Shown: positions 13,755 to 26,310 of the stretch, piece by piece
Numbering within the stretch: position 1 is the stretch's first letter
Layout of the letters: the number at the start of each line of letters is the position of its first letter
Origin: Lama glama
Lineage: Eukaryota
NCBI GenBank assembly: GCA_028534125.1
Contig: CM052816.1
Location: 78,990,001 to 79,054,000 of the forward strand
Direction of reading: 5' to 3'
DNA: 64,000 nt
Notes under the pieces: model-generated
Told to the model about the DNA's origin: nothing
Seen by the model: only the letters and a program-made list of their open reading frames with translations
The model's database searches: none
Program-made: the position numbers and the translations under genes

Positions 13755-15511
13755 GTAAAGAACTTTTCTTTTGTCAGTTCAGAGGTTTAAGAAAGAAATC
13801 TTATTCACAACCCTACCATATGAAATAGACATTTAAAAAGTGAAACTTATCTTTTCAAATTGGGCTGGGGTTAGAGCCCTCGATATTTGGATTTGAGAGG
13901 TGGGTTTGAAAATCACTGTCTTCTTCATGTGGCCTTCATTAGAATGTTACCGAAAGTCAGCCTCATTGCTGTATCTGCACATCATTTGCATATTCATTTC
14001 ATAAACGACCATATTTACAATGTAAAGTATTAATTGCTACACTGAAATTAACCATTCATTCATATTTCTCTTCACTTCTCCCCATTCTCCTATTATTGGC
14101 CATAGTAGGAGAAATGATAGATACTCATAATAGAACCAGCAGGCAAATCTGGCTTGAAATATTGAAAAATCCTGTTTATTCCCTTTTTTGGAATTTGACT
14201 GCTTTATTTTCAAAGACCTTCTTTGCCTAGGGCGAAAGTGCTATTTGTTTCATTACATCAGGATTCATGAATTGAGCAAGGCTGCAAGGGAACCATCATT
14301 TAATGGATTTTAGGTTTTAGTGCTTGTCCTGATGAGTGAATTTAAAACTAAAATTCTTCATTATATTTGGAGAAAAACATTGTCAAGGAAATAATCAGCC
14401 CAGTTTGTTATATAGATGTAGCTATTCCAATAAAGTCATCCAAGTATTTTCAGTCTTAATAGTTTTATTTAGCCCTGAATTCTGCTCTACCGAGGACTGA
14501 CAATGGACGTACAAAAATAGTTGGCAGGCATTTTCCCAATTTTTAACCATTTTAAATCTTACAGCTATTTTAATCATACATAATTTAAGAATCTACCAAA
14601 GAACATGTGCCGAACTTGATGAAACAGCTTCCTTGGCCTAATACTAAAAACGTAACCAAGAGGAAAAATGCACAAAACTTGCACAGTGGGACCATAAATT
14701 GCTAGACTCAGTGAGACAGAGAACTAAGTGAATACAGTCTTTCTTGTTGTTCTTAAACAAATGGCTTAGTATTTTTTGAAATGTATGAAATGAATAAAAA
14801 AAATTCTTTTATACTATTATAAAGTTTATATTGTCAACAATAAAATGGGGTGTTTAGAAAATGAGTTGGTATCCATTAAAAATGTTAACTTGCAATAAGG
14901 ATTAAATGGCAAAATTATTTCATCAACAAATGACACATGGTTATGAACACAATGCATATTATACCATATTCCACTTTAAGAAAGAGGTGATATGCAGCTA
15001 TCTTCGTATAAAATGGGAAACAATGGAAAAGAGACAAAGTAAATGTCAATCATATGAACCCTCTTTCCCTGCTACCTCTTCCCCTTTCCACTGAGCACCT
15101 CCTCCAGGAGGGGTTGCATACAAATGTTAAATGTTAGGGAAGCAATCAAATGTCTGATTTTTCAAACTTGTTGCCCATGAATCAAGGGAAGTTTTAATTA
15201 TCTGTCACATTTAAAACTAGTAATATTTCCAAATGTTACTTTTAAAAATGTAGATTCTATATATTTTATCTCCTCACCAGTAGGCATATTTGAGAGTATT
15301 CATGTTCAATTGAATTATATATTAAACTAACCAACTCTGAAAAAAATACGTTATATTTTAACATTTTACCCCATTTTATGCTTCTGATGTTACAATATAC
15401 ATCTTTAACCATGCATTTTACCATTAATAAATTATTGTAGTTATAGTAATTTTGAAAAAATTAAACTGAATATAATATTGTATAATAAATTATTTTAAAT
15501 TTACATCACAG

Positions 15512-15555
15512 ATTCTTCCAGGTGGACCCACAGACAGTCAGTTGCCTGTTCATGA
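15512..15555 (+). CDS. RANBP3L: RANBP3L last coding exon (coding part 44 nt including TGA)
   Basis: cacag|AT TCT TCC AGG TGG...TCA TGA. Translates (D)SSRWTHRQSVACS*, matching the recalled RANBP3L C-terminus WTHRQSVACS. Confidence 0.9.
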
Positions 15556-16326
15556 GCGCTACCTACTATAAATATGACAACATCTACGAAAAGAAAGAAC
15601 TGAAAAAACTAAGCCATCCTAACTAAATGAGAAGATCCTATTCATTCCTTGAGTAGTTTTTATAGAAAAGTTCAAGAAATATAATTTGTTGCAATTAAAG
15701 GGTTTCTCTTATGTAGTCTTATCATTCTAAGGTTTTATATTTTGATTATTGTGGAGAAAATGACAGAATTTAAGAAATACATGGCCTTTAGAAGTTTAAA
15801 ATTTATCATTTTTGAAGAAGTTAATTTAGAATAGGATTTGGAATTAATTTGAACTGTTCATCACATTGATGAATACTATAGTTGAAATTACAAATTGCTG
15901 GATTTGATAAATAACTAAAATATTTATGTTTTTCAGTCATATATTGTCTAGCCATAAAACAATTCTTTTACAAAATTTCCAGAGTCATTTCTTTGAAAAA
16001 CATTATAACTGCATGATAACATTTCATTAAATCATCTTTTTCTTCTGGGAAATGCATATTTTCATTTAGCCTTTGGAGTTCCTAATTCTGTAAGATTATA
16101 TATTCATGGTATGAATTCCTTTAAAGATGCACTTGTATCTATTGCACCTTGTATGTGCTTGACTCACAGTCAGCACCCAAAGTTGTTGAAGGAATGAACA
16201 AAACCTATGTATCAAAACAGTTAAGTATGCAAAAAATGAAATATGGTAACTTGTTCTTCGCTTTATTTATGTAATTAAATTAATTTTGTAATTTATGTAA
16301 TTAAATATTCTAGTAAATGTGGCAAG

Positions 16327-16498
16327 TTCTCTGGTGTCTCTTCTTATAAGGGCATTAATCCTATTAGTCCAGGGCCCTACTCTCACAACCTCATCTAACC
16401 CTAAGTACCTCTCAAAGCCCCATCTCCAAATATCATCACATCGTGGGGTAGGCTTCAACATGTGAATTTTGTGAGAACGCACACATTCAGTCCGTAAT
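16327..16498. mobile_element. MaLR (MLT1A-like) LTR fragment
   Basis: tctcttcttataagggcattaatcct...acctcatctaaccctaa...ccccatctccaaat...cttcaacatgtgaatttt...cattcagtcc. Confidence 0.8.
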
Positions 16499-16737
16499 AA
16501 GGGAATAACATCCACAATTACAAGACGATTTCTGAAAATGTTTTGGACAACAACAATATATTTGGAATACTAGTATAGCTTAATTTCTACTTTGAAGAAC
16601 AATATTCATTTGGAAGTATACATGTGACTATACTTAAAAAAGGTTACATTATTATAGTACCATTTATAGTAGTAAAAGAAATTACATATATGTATTTATT
16701 GTCAAATGTGAGCTAATGCTTAAAAGTTTAGCATATG

Positions 16738-16845
16738 GTGACAATGAATATATATACATGTTCACGTATAACTGAAAAATTGTGCTCTACGCTGGAATTT
16801 GACACAACATTGTAAAATGGTTATAAATCAATAAAGAATGTTAAA
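16738..16845 (+). mobile_element. 5'-truncated L1 3' end with 16-bp TSD
   Basis: Exact direct repeat aaaagtttagcatatg at 16722-16737 and 16846-16861; L1-type end gacacaacattgtaaa...caataaa plus A tail. Confidence 0.85.
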
Positions 16846-19800
16846 AAAAGTTTAGCATATGAAAGTTGAATTACTCTTTTAGACTATAATTTAGCTAGTA
16901 TGTTATAATTGTTCAAAGTTTTGCTCTTTCCCTATAATTCAGTAACTAAAACTTGGTAAAATTTCACTACTAAGAGTAGCTAACTTCCATTCATTCTTCC
17001 AGTGACTATAGAATAGATATAGTAAATAAAATCCTTTACTTCTAAAAATTAAGCAATGACTCAGGAGGTGGAGAAGAAAAGTTAATGTGAGAGAGGAAGA
17101 GAGAAAAGATCAAGAGAAAAAAAAAACAGTAAAGAAAAGCTCTAACATGAAAGGAAGACTACAAAGGATGGAAAAACAGAAGTTTTAAGTTTTTTTCTTT
17201 TTAATTCTAAACGAGTGGCTGATGCAGAACAAACTCGGAAAAATTTTCATTAGAAGTATAGTATAAACAGGGAGACACTTGGAGAAGATATTAAAGAATT
17301 GGTTCTCTTACAAGCTTGTAGCTGATATGGCAACACTGGGGTTATGCTAAATTGTTAAATTCAAGCAGAAAAACAGAGATTTTCTTTATTTTCTTGACAT
17401 GTTTATTCCTGGCCTCTTTTTATGGCAGAGATGAATTTTCTCAATGCCTCAAACATTTTAATATAACTTGAATTTATTCTTTTCATCTGTGATTTTCTTT
17501 GTACTCCTCTGCATATACAAGACAAAAAAAATTATGACTACCTGAATTTCTGATCTATGTAGAATTGCCAGGGCAATAGAACCAAAAATAGTGTTAGAAT
17601 ATCAGGAAGGCAGAGAGAGAAAGAGTGAAAATTTGGGGATTATGACATGGCTACTAACAGCAAAAACATATTTAGCTTAGGACTTTCAATCCATTTCCTG
17701 CCCACTCTACTATTCCTTCTTATAATCTTTATGCAAATATTTAGTAATATTTTGGGGGGCTAATAGAAATATAAACATCTTAGTTTCTTCTTATTCTATA
17801 TCTTCATCTAGCCTTCTCGTTTTTGGTTTTTTAATGTCCTTCCCCCCCCCCTTAATGTAAAGAGATCCATCATACAATGATATTCATTTTCATAGGTTAT
17901 TAGGTAGGTGATTTCAAAGCATACATCTTCTTCCATAGGAGCTGCTTTTATTAAAATTTACTTAGATAAATATTCCCCCAATATACTAACTCTGTATTTA
18001 ACATGATATCCTGTTACATTTTAGGATAATCTAAACATTCTTTTCTATTAACAGGACTTTTATATCCAGTTACTCAGCTTAATTACAAACTAACAAAATG
18101 TTCTCTCTTAAAAGATTATTTTACACCCATTACTGCCAAAGCAAGGAACCCTTAGTTGTCAGGGACTAATATCCTATACAGGCCTTAGATTATGTGGATG
18201 TCATTTTAAAAAAAAGCCAGGGTTGGGGATGTTTATCTTTCACAGAGTCAGAAAGTAAATGAAGTAAACTAGAGGGCATTCTAGGCATTGGGAAGGATAA
18301 ATCTTAACCTTGTAAATCTTCAAGTTGTGAATATCACACTGAGATATAATTTTTTCCCATAAAATGTTGAGAACATTTTAAGCTTGCTTGAGACATGGTA
18401 CCCAGGTGGTTGGGTATGCTTATACACTAGAAAAGCACACCAGCCTTGTCATAGATACAGTTCAAGTTTGAAACTCAATAATATTACAGATTATGTTAGT
18501 TGTTTGAGGGTAGTTGAAACTGATATTAAATCTGTGAATGCCAGCACTTTGGTTTGTTTGTTTTGCAATGGCACACTATACCCACAGTTCTGGGTAATTT
18601 TTGACATAAGACTTGGAACAGACAAATTTGAATACATGAACACATTGGAAGTTTCTAAGATGATATTTGTAAACCATGGCATTGGAGGAGTTACTGAAGT
18701 AACTGGCAAATGTTTAGCCTAACAAAGACTTGATGATGTAACAGCTTTCAAACAATTAGAGGATTATCGACATTTTTAAGTTTCTGCCAATTTTGTGTAT
18801 ATAAAAGACTATTTCACTATTACCTTTTTCTGATTTCTCATAAGGTTGAGTCTTTCAGATATTTGAAAGTGATTGCATTTCTTCTAAGAAATTTCTTTTC
18901 ACAGTCTTTGCAAAGCTAACTATATTGTTTTTCCCCTTTAGTGGCTTCCTAGGATAGGCAGGGTAAAAGCCAAATTCCTAAGCATGGCTGTGACACTTTC
19001 CATGTCTTTCCCCAGTCTACTTCTCTAGCTTCATCTCCCACTGTTGCCTTCCTCCCTCTAAATGTTCTAGGAATTCAGAACTGCTATTTTGTTGCTCCGT
19101 ATCTGTGCTCATACTGTTTGCTCTGTGGAATTCCTTTCTATTTCTTGCTGATTCTGGCAAATACCTAATTCAATCTTTAAGGCTTAGTTTAAGACACTTC
19201 CAGAAAGTTTTCCCTAACTCCTCTTAGGCTGAGTTAAGACCTGTTCCTCCAAATTCCTGTAACACCCTGTATATAATTTCACCACTGCACAGACTTTATG
19301 TTCTTTGAGAGGAGAGACTACCTTTTATTTATCCATTTTATCTCCAGCACTTAGCAGGGTGTCTGGCCCATAGCAAGCAATCTCATAATTTGATCTCCAC
19401 AGACTTGTGTTGTACATATAAGACTCAAAGTATGTTATCCAACAGGAAGCTAGAAATAAGGCTGTGAAACACCTGAGACAATCTGGGCTAAAGATAGTTG
19501 GAGTAGCTGAAGTCATGGGAAAGAGAAAGGGTTAATATTTGCCAAGTGTATACTTTGTAGTGGGCATGCAGCTAGGCATTTGTACATACAGTTACAACTT
19601 AACAAGGTAGCTATTACATTTTGTAAATGAAGAAGTAGGCTCAGAAAAGTTAAGGTACTAGTCCAAGGTTTACAAAGGCAATAAATAGTAAAGCTGGGAT
19701 TTGAAACAAGGTCTTTTTAAATCCCCAACTCAAGCTCCTTTCGTTACACAAGAGTAGATAAACTCAGGCAGGGGAATGGAGAGAGAGAGAAGGGAAGGCA

Positions 19801-21819
19801 AAGCAAGGCAAGGGAAGGATAGATTCTGAAGATAAGCTTAGGAAGAAGGAAACAGAAAAGGTACAGAGAGATGGGAGGGACACTATTAGGGACTGGTGTG
19901 TTGTGAGCCAGAGTAAAAAATTTCAAAAGGAAATGATAACCATTTCAAATGCTGCAGAAAGACCAAGTCATTGAAGGGCTGAAAAATATCTTCTGAGTTT
20001 ACAATCAGCTCTTTGGTCATCATGGAAATAGCCCTAATTAGTAAAGTGGTGGGGAGAAACTAGATGACAACAGGTTGATGAATGAACGGGAAGCAGGGAT
20101 GTGACGATGATGAATAACTACTCTCTCAAGAATCCTAGTTATAAACAGAAGACAAGCAATATATAAAAAGCTGAGGCTTTTTTTTTTAAATTAAAGATGT
20201 CATAGACATCAGCATGTTTAATAGTGAAGAGGAAAAGTCCAACAGAGAGGGAGAATTAAAGGTGTATCAAAAGGGAAAACTTAATGGAATAATAGTTTGG
20301 AAGGAGACAGATAGGACCCAAAATAACAATGGACAAAGTCATATTCCAAATGAGATGTCAATGTAGTTTGTAGCAGAAATGGGGGAAGATCCAAAAATTT
20401 GAGTTCTTTCCTGTGAAATAGGAAGAAAAGGGGTCTGAGATTTTGCATACGTGTGACAAAACTCAAAGGCTGATCCAAAACAGGTTTTCTAGATTTTTTT
20501 TTTTGTCAAATCGATCAACTGACACTCTCCTAGTCACCCAAACTTCAAACCTCAGTGTCATCTGTGACTGCTCCCTTTTCTTCCTTTCTAATATCTAACA
20601 AATTATAAAGTGTTGAAATAGTAAGAACGGAAAAGACCCTGTGGATGACGAAAGTTATAAATGAGTAACTTACATCTCACAGAAGTTGGGGTGTGCTTAA
20701 GGGTCCACTACAAGTTGCTATTAGTAGCTGCTGTGAGGCAAAGCTCCTGGCCAGAAGGGATCAGTGACCTTCTAAAAGCAGACATCTATCAGACTCCACA
20801 GTGTATTTTCCAGTCTAATATACCATCTGGGACACAGTAGGGACTCAAAATATTCAGTGAACTCATGAGTGAATGCTGGTGGTTGGTGGCTTGGTGAAAA
20901 GTAAAAGTGACAGATTTGGAATCAATTTGGGCTTGACAGAATAGTGGAATCACTAGTTCAGTTCCCTCACTTTATAGATGAGGAATCTGAGGCCCAGAAA
21001 GATGAAGCAATCTGTCCAAAGTCCAAAAGCTAGTTACTGATAGCGTCAGGACTACAAAGACGCAATGAGGATGCCAAAGCAAATAAATCTAAAGAGCAAG
21101 AGGAATAAACACTCGGATGTGCACTGCCATTTGATTCTCCTCTTACAACGAGAGCATTTTCTTTCATTTCCACTACTACCCCAGCCCAGGCTCATGCACA
21201 ACTATTTCAAAACCGCTGGAGTCACCCTTCCTCCTCCTGCCTCCTAAGCGCTTCAACATTCCAAAATCAGATCAACGGTCATCAAACATCGCTTCTCAGG
21301 ACTCTTTTCTTTCCAGTTAAAAGCCTTCAAAAGGCCAACTACTGCCTATAGGATAAGGTCCAAATTATTAACATTCCTAACCCTTCAATCTTTTCCTATC
21401 TATTTTTTTAACCATATATGGAAATACTCCACTTGGCTAGACTCGTCTACCCATTATCCTCTAACTTTCTCAAAGGCTACCCTTCTTTCTCTGGGGTAGT
21501 AGTTTTTTGGTGGTTAGCAGGGACTGCCACCTGCGCAGTCCCACGGAACACCCTGCTTTGATGAGCCTGGTACTCGGCTTACTGCTCTCTATCTGAATTG
21601 CAATAATTAATTTCTGAAAAGGCACCCTGCGTTTTCATTTTGCGCTAGGCCCCGCAAATTGTGCATCTATCTGGTCCTGGGTCCATCTCTTCAGCCCCTG
21701 GCCCAGCGTTGGATACACCGGCCATTAAATACCAGGTGGTTGAATGGGTAAACAAAGGGTATATAGTCTTCGGTGTAATAATGAAAGGGTCTAGTCTCAT
21801 GTGCAATAGCGAAAAACAA

Positions 21820-23260
21820 CTGACCCCGCGCAAGGAGCTGCTGCCGTCCATGCTTTCCCGCCAGGTGCTCAAAATCGCACTTGCAGCCCCCACGCCGCCT
21901 CAGACCGGTTCCAACGGGGCTCCTTGGGCAGCTCCAACACCAAATAGAATTCCAGCTCTTCCCCCGGCCGCAGCCAATCCCCGCAGCTCTTCGGCCTCCG
22001 AAACTGCGACAGGCTCTGATTGGCTGACAGGTTGGCCAGGGGCGGGGCGGAGAACACGGGGAAAGGGGTGGGGCTGGCGGTCGGCCCCCGGGCAGGGAAG
22101 CGGCCACTGCGCAGGCGTGGATGGAAAAGGCTACCCAAACAAATACAACCCACCACCCGGAGGTCGCTAGCTCTTCTCCGCCCACCTTTCCCTTGAGTGG
22201 GCTCTCCCGCCTCCGAGTCGCCCGGCTTTCTCCGCCCCCATTAACGTCTGGGCACGTCCCCCTCGCGCCGCGGGCCACGCTCCGCGGTGCACTTAACCTC
22301 TGCCCGCCCAGCACGAACACAGAGGCCGCGGCGGCGCAGAGCGGAGGCGGGAGCCGGGGCCTGCAGCCGCTGCTGGGCGGACGATGACTTGTTACCGAGG
22401 CTTCCTGCTGGGCAGCTGTCGTCGCGTGGCGGGCGGCCGGGCAGCGGCGCTGAGGGGGCCGGGCGGGGGAGGCCCCGCCGCGCGGCCGCAGCTCGGCGGT
22501 GACGGCGGCGGGCGGCGGCACCTGGGGCAGGGGCAGCCGCGCGAGCTGGCGGGCTGTGGCAGCCGCCCGGACGGCGGCTTCCGCCCGTCCCGGGTAGTGG
22601 TGGTGGCCAAAACAACCCGGTACGAGTTCGAGCAGCAGCGGTACCGCTACGCGGAGCTCTCGGAGGAGGATCTGAAGCAGCTGGTGGGTCCCGGCGGCCC
22701 CCGCCCGTTGTGTCTCTGTCTGGCCCTGGTTCGCTCCCCGGCTCGGCGGCGACTTTCGGGGGCGGCCGCGCCCCCTCGGGCGATGCTTCCCAAGGAGTCC
22801 TAGGTGCTTTGCCTGCCCTGCTGGCAGCCCGCCACTCCCTCTGGCTTCGCTTGTAGGCCCTCCTCCGTGTGTGTGTAGAGGGAGAGGGTCGCTGTTATTG
22901 CGGAGACCCCCAAGGCGGGGATGTCTCGAGGAAACCTTGGATGGGGGAAGAGGGGCTCCCACGATGGGAGAGGTTTGGGGATTCATTTGTGCCATCGCCA
23001 CCCCCACTTCTCTTTTGGAAGTAGCAGCAGCAACCCCAAGAAGGGTGGGCCGGTGTCTGAGGTCCGGACGCTCTGCAGACCGCTCCTCAGGCCGCCCCGG
23101 GGGAAGGGGACCCTGGACCAGGCAGCGGGCAGCGGAAAAGAAGGCCTTGGTACCGCGGACACACCCCCTTTTAACTCGGAGGATTGCGAGGATGGGGCAC
23201 TCGGGAAAGCCGGGCTCGGTGAGCCTTTTCCGTGCTGGAACGTGGTCGTCTGACAAGATT
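21820..23260. promoter_or_regulatory. CpG island / NADK2 promoter and exon 1
   Basis: Abrupt GC- and CpG-rich segment in AT-rich background. CCAAT 21974-21978, ATTGG 22019-22023, GC box GGGGCGGGGC 22039-22048, NRF1-like TGCGCAGGCG from 22108. No obvious TATA box. Boundaries approximate. Confidence 0.9.
22384..22683 (+). CDS. NADK2: NADK2 coding exon 1 (300 nt; mitochondrial targeting peptide and start of kinase domain)
   Basis: acgATG (A at -3). Translates MTCYRGFLLGSCRRVAGGRAAALRG...VVVVAKTTRYEFEQQRYRYAELSEEDLKQL then gtggg donor. Arg/Gly/Ala-rich N-terminus. Confidence 0.97.
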
Positions 23261-26074
23261 CTAGGAGTTTGTTTTAAAAGCTCACGTACCTTTGGTGCTG
23301 GGAACAGCAAGGGAGAAAATTTGACTTTGAAAATATGTTACTAAGTAGAAGGGTCCAAACAAAAGGGGGGTAAACCTGGTAATTGCGAAATAAAGCTCCT
23401 ACGTCTATAATGTAGCAGTGCCAACACAATAGACTATATTTGGTATAGGTATTAATATCTTGCAAAGTATATAAATACACCTAAGGAAAAAAAAAACCCT
23501 TATTTTATCTGCCTTCACTCTTTTTTTTAAGCTTCTGATCCCATTTCCCCACCCACTTTGGGGAAGGGGGAGTAATGATGCTACCGTGTCCAGAAAAATC
23601 TCAATTGGAAATCACTAATTGTTGACACTGCATCAAAAAGCTTTGGAATTAATGGCCTATAACCATAATCCTGTAGAATTCTGGAAACGAATAGACAGCC
23701 TATTGTAAACTCCTGGTTAGTAATCATCAGCAATTTTTGGTAATATTTTGTAGGAGTATCAAAATGAAATTGTAAGTCATCTTTAAGTACTGAATCTATT
23801 TTCAGCATTAAACTTCTTGATTGTTTAATGAGCTAATTGAAGAGGGCCCCTGTATTTATCTGATGGAAATGCTAGGTGCGAATTTCTCTTCTTTTCCTCA
23901 AGTGTTTGAAGGTAGCAGTTTATAGAAGACGTTTAAACAGTAAGTTAGCAAACAGCTTGAGCGGGAGGTTGGCGTAGTTGAATTTTTGTTAGGGAGTAAA
24001 ATTGAGGACAAGGCAGGGAGTAATGTCAGAAACGTTTCTGTTTTGGGAAGGAGGTGAGCCCCTTTGTATGTACTCTTAATTTTGCAAGATCTGCTTTTTA
24101 GAAATTGTCAAATGCCAGATAGCCATAATAAGTATGTTCCTCATGAAATCTTAGGGAAGCCTTCCACAACAATTTAAAATCGTATACTTGATTGGCATGT
24201 TCAGAATGTGGGATTGGGCATCAGCAGCTTGGAGCCAGGCCAAGGTTCTCTGTGGTTAACTTCCTCTGCTTCCTTTTAACTTCTTTGGACCTCCTGGGTG
24301 AAAACGATACTTTTTTGTAGTATTGTCAGTTTTCAAAGTGCTTTCACCTAGTTCAGTATGTGAAATACTAGAGTTGGGCTAGACAGTCTCCAAGGCCTTT
24401 TCTGGTATTTTGAAACTCTAAGTAACTTTTTCAAGGCCTCAAGAAAAATGGTGGCATCTGAATTAGATTAATTCCTGGACCTCTGGATTAGATTGCCACT
24501 AATCAAAACATTTTAAAGATAGGCGAATCAGGTCTTTAAAAATCGAATTACCGATAGCAGCCACTCTGAGTATCTAAAGAGAAATCTGTACTAGGTAAAT
24601 ATTTGCCTATTGTGTATGCTGTTTGCAGTAAGAAAACTTTTGAAGTAAAACTTCTGGACTATAGAACACAGTTTTGAAATAGTCGTTTTTGTTATCATTT
24701 CAATTAAATCCTACTGGGTTTATTTACTACTGATTTGAGTTTTATCATTTATATTAAGACCAGTATTCAGAATGGAATAGTGTTAGGTGGAGCCCAGACC
24801 AGAGATCAGGAACAGCCCAAAGAACACTAGGCTGTGTGAAGTTGTTCTAAAATGGGACTCTAATAGGAATGATACGATGATTAATAGATACTGTTTGCTG
24901 TTTTGCTGGAGTAAAAGATACTAAGGTATATGAATCATGTGAATTGGGTATAAAAGAAAGTAGCCAAGTGCTTGCTTGAGTCTTCTGGCATCATGGCTGC
25001 TATGTCTATAGTGTCATGGTAACCTGAAGTTTTGTTATCAGAGGGTTCTCTTTTGTTGTGGTGGTGGTGGTGGTCGTGGTGGTTTTATGGCAAAATAGAT
25101 CTATTACTTTACTTGTTAAAATGCAAATGGAAGATGAGGGTTGAAATGCCAGTATAATTTCATGCCCTGAAGCCTTATGGTTGGTTCTCTATCTTTGTAA
25201 AAACTTAAACAATTAGAGGAAATACTTTTCAGTTGATAAAGCATGTACAAACTGGGTCAAAGTTTGACTTTCAGTTACTCTTTCATATTGGTTACATTTT
25301 AATTTTAATTTCTGCTTTTCTCTTCCCCTAATGGAACAATGACTTTTTTTGTGAATAGAGGATTTCTAGTCCAGGGTTGTACCTCTACCAGCTCAAGACT
25401 TTACAAAGGCTAATTAAACTATTAATATAGTTTACTTGTATCATAAGAGATGTAGCTGTCAGTGGATGTGGAACTTATTGTACCACGGTTGATGACACTC
25501 TACAAACTAGACCTTGAGATGAATCAAAGCTGATTGGAAAGGGTTTTGACATTCTAAACATGCCTTATTGGTCAAAGAGAAGGTTTTATTTCAAAAATTT
25601 TTAATATATGCCAAATTAGAAATGAGCAATTTTCACCCCTCTCTCTTCCCACAGCCCCGGAAGCAACCCCCTTTAATGGTTTCCATTTTTAGATTTTTTA
25701 AAAAACTAGTTTCCTAATGGGATAGAATAATTCCATTTAGTAGTCTCTCAATTATTGGCTTAAATTACTCCTAGTTATTGCCTTCTTGGCAGATTTGGGA
25801 GATGCAGTGTCTTGGGTTTTGTTTCCCTTACCTAGTTTTCTGAAAACAATGGTATAGCTTAGGTTGCAGTTCTGGGGCTGATAGTACTTTTACTTCATAC
25901 GCAGTGAGTGTAGTATGTGCACTGTGACTTTTTATCAAATTAAAGAACATGATCTGGAGTGTTGCCAGAGCCTTCTAACAGAAACTCACTCCTTTCAAAT
26001 CTTCCAGACACAGGAACCAGAGGGGTCTATCCAAAGTGAACATCTGGCCACGTTACTCCTCTGCTTAGAACTCC

Positions 26075-26310
26075 TCAAAAACTCCCTGTAACCTGTGGAG
26101 TCACCCAGGGAATTTGTTAAAATGCAGGTACCTGAACCTCAGCCCCCTCTACCCTGGCTCCAACATTCAGATTCAGTTTGTGGGCACTCCCAAACTCAGC
26201 CTCTCTGTACCATACCTTTAAGGTTGCTGATGCTTTGTCCAGGGATTTGCGTTTTTAACAAGCTCTCCAGTTTTCCAAGTGGTCCCCAGATCACACTTTG
26301 AGAAACACTA
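26075..26310. mobile_element. MER5-like DNA transposon within L2-like sequence
   Basis: ttgttaaaatgcag..., gcgtttttaacaagctc, cacactttgagaaacact terminal motif. Confidence 0.65.

Noticed and set aside
22297..22383. Possible non-AUG N-terminal extension of NADK2 (in-frame CTG at 22300)
   Set aside because: Poor initiation context and bounded by an in-frame TAA at 22294-22296; no further evidence.
22684..22803. ORF-track extension of NADK2 exon 1 to 139 aa
   Set aside because: Read-through past the CTG|gtggg donor. Splicing at 22683 gives the in-phase 442-aa protein.
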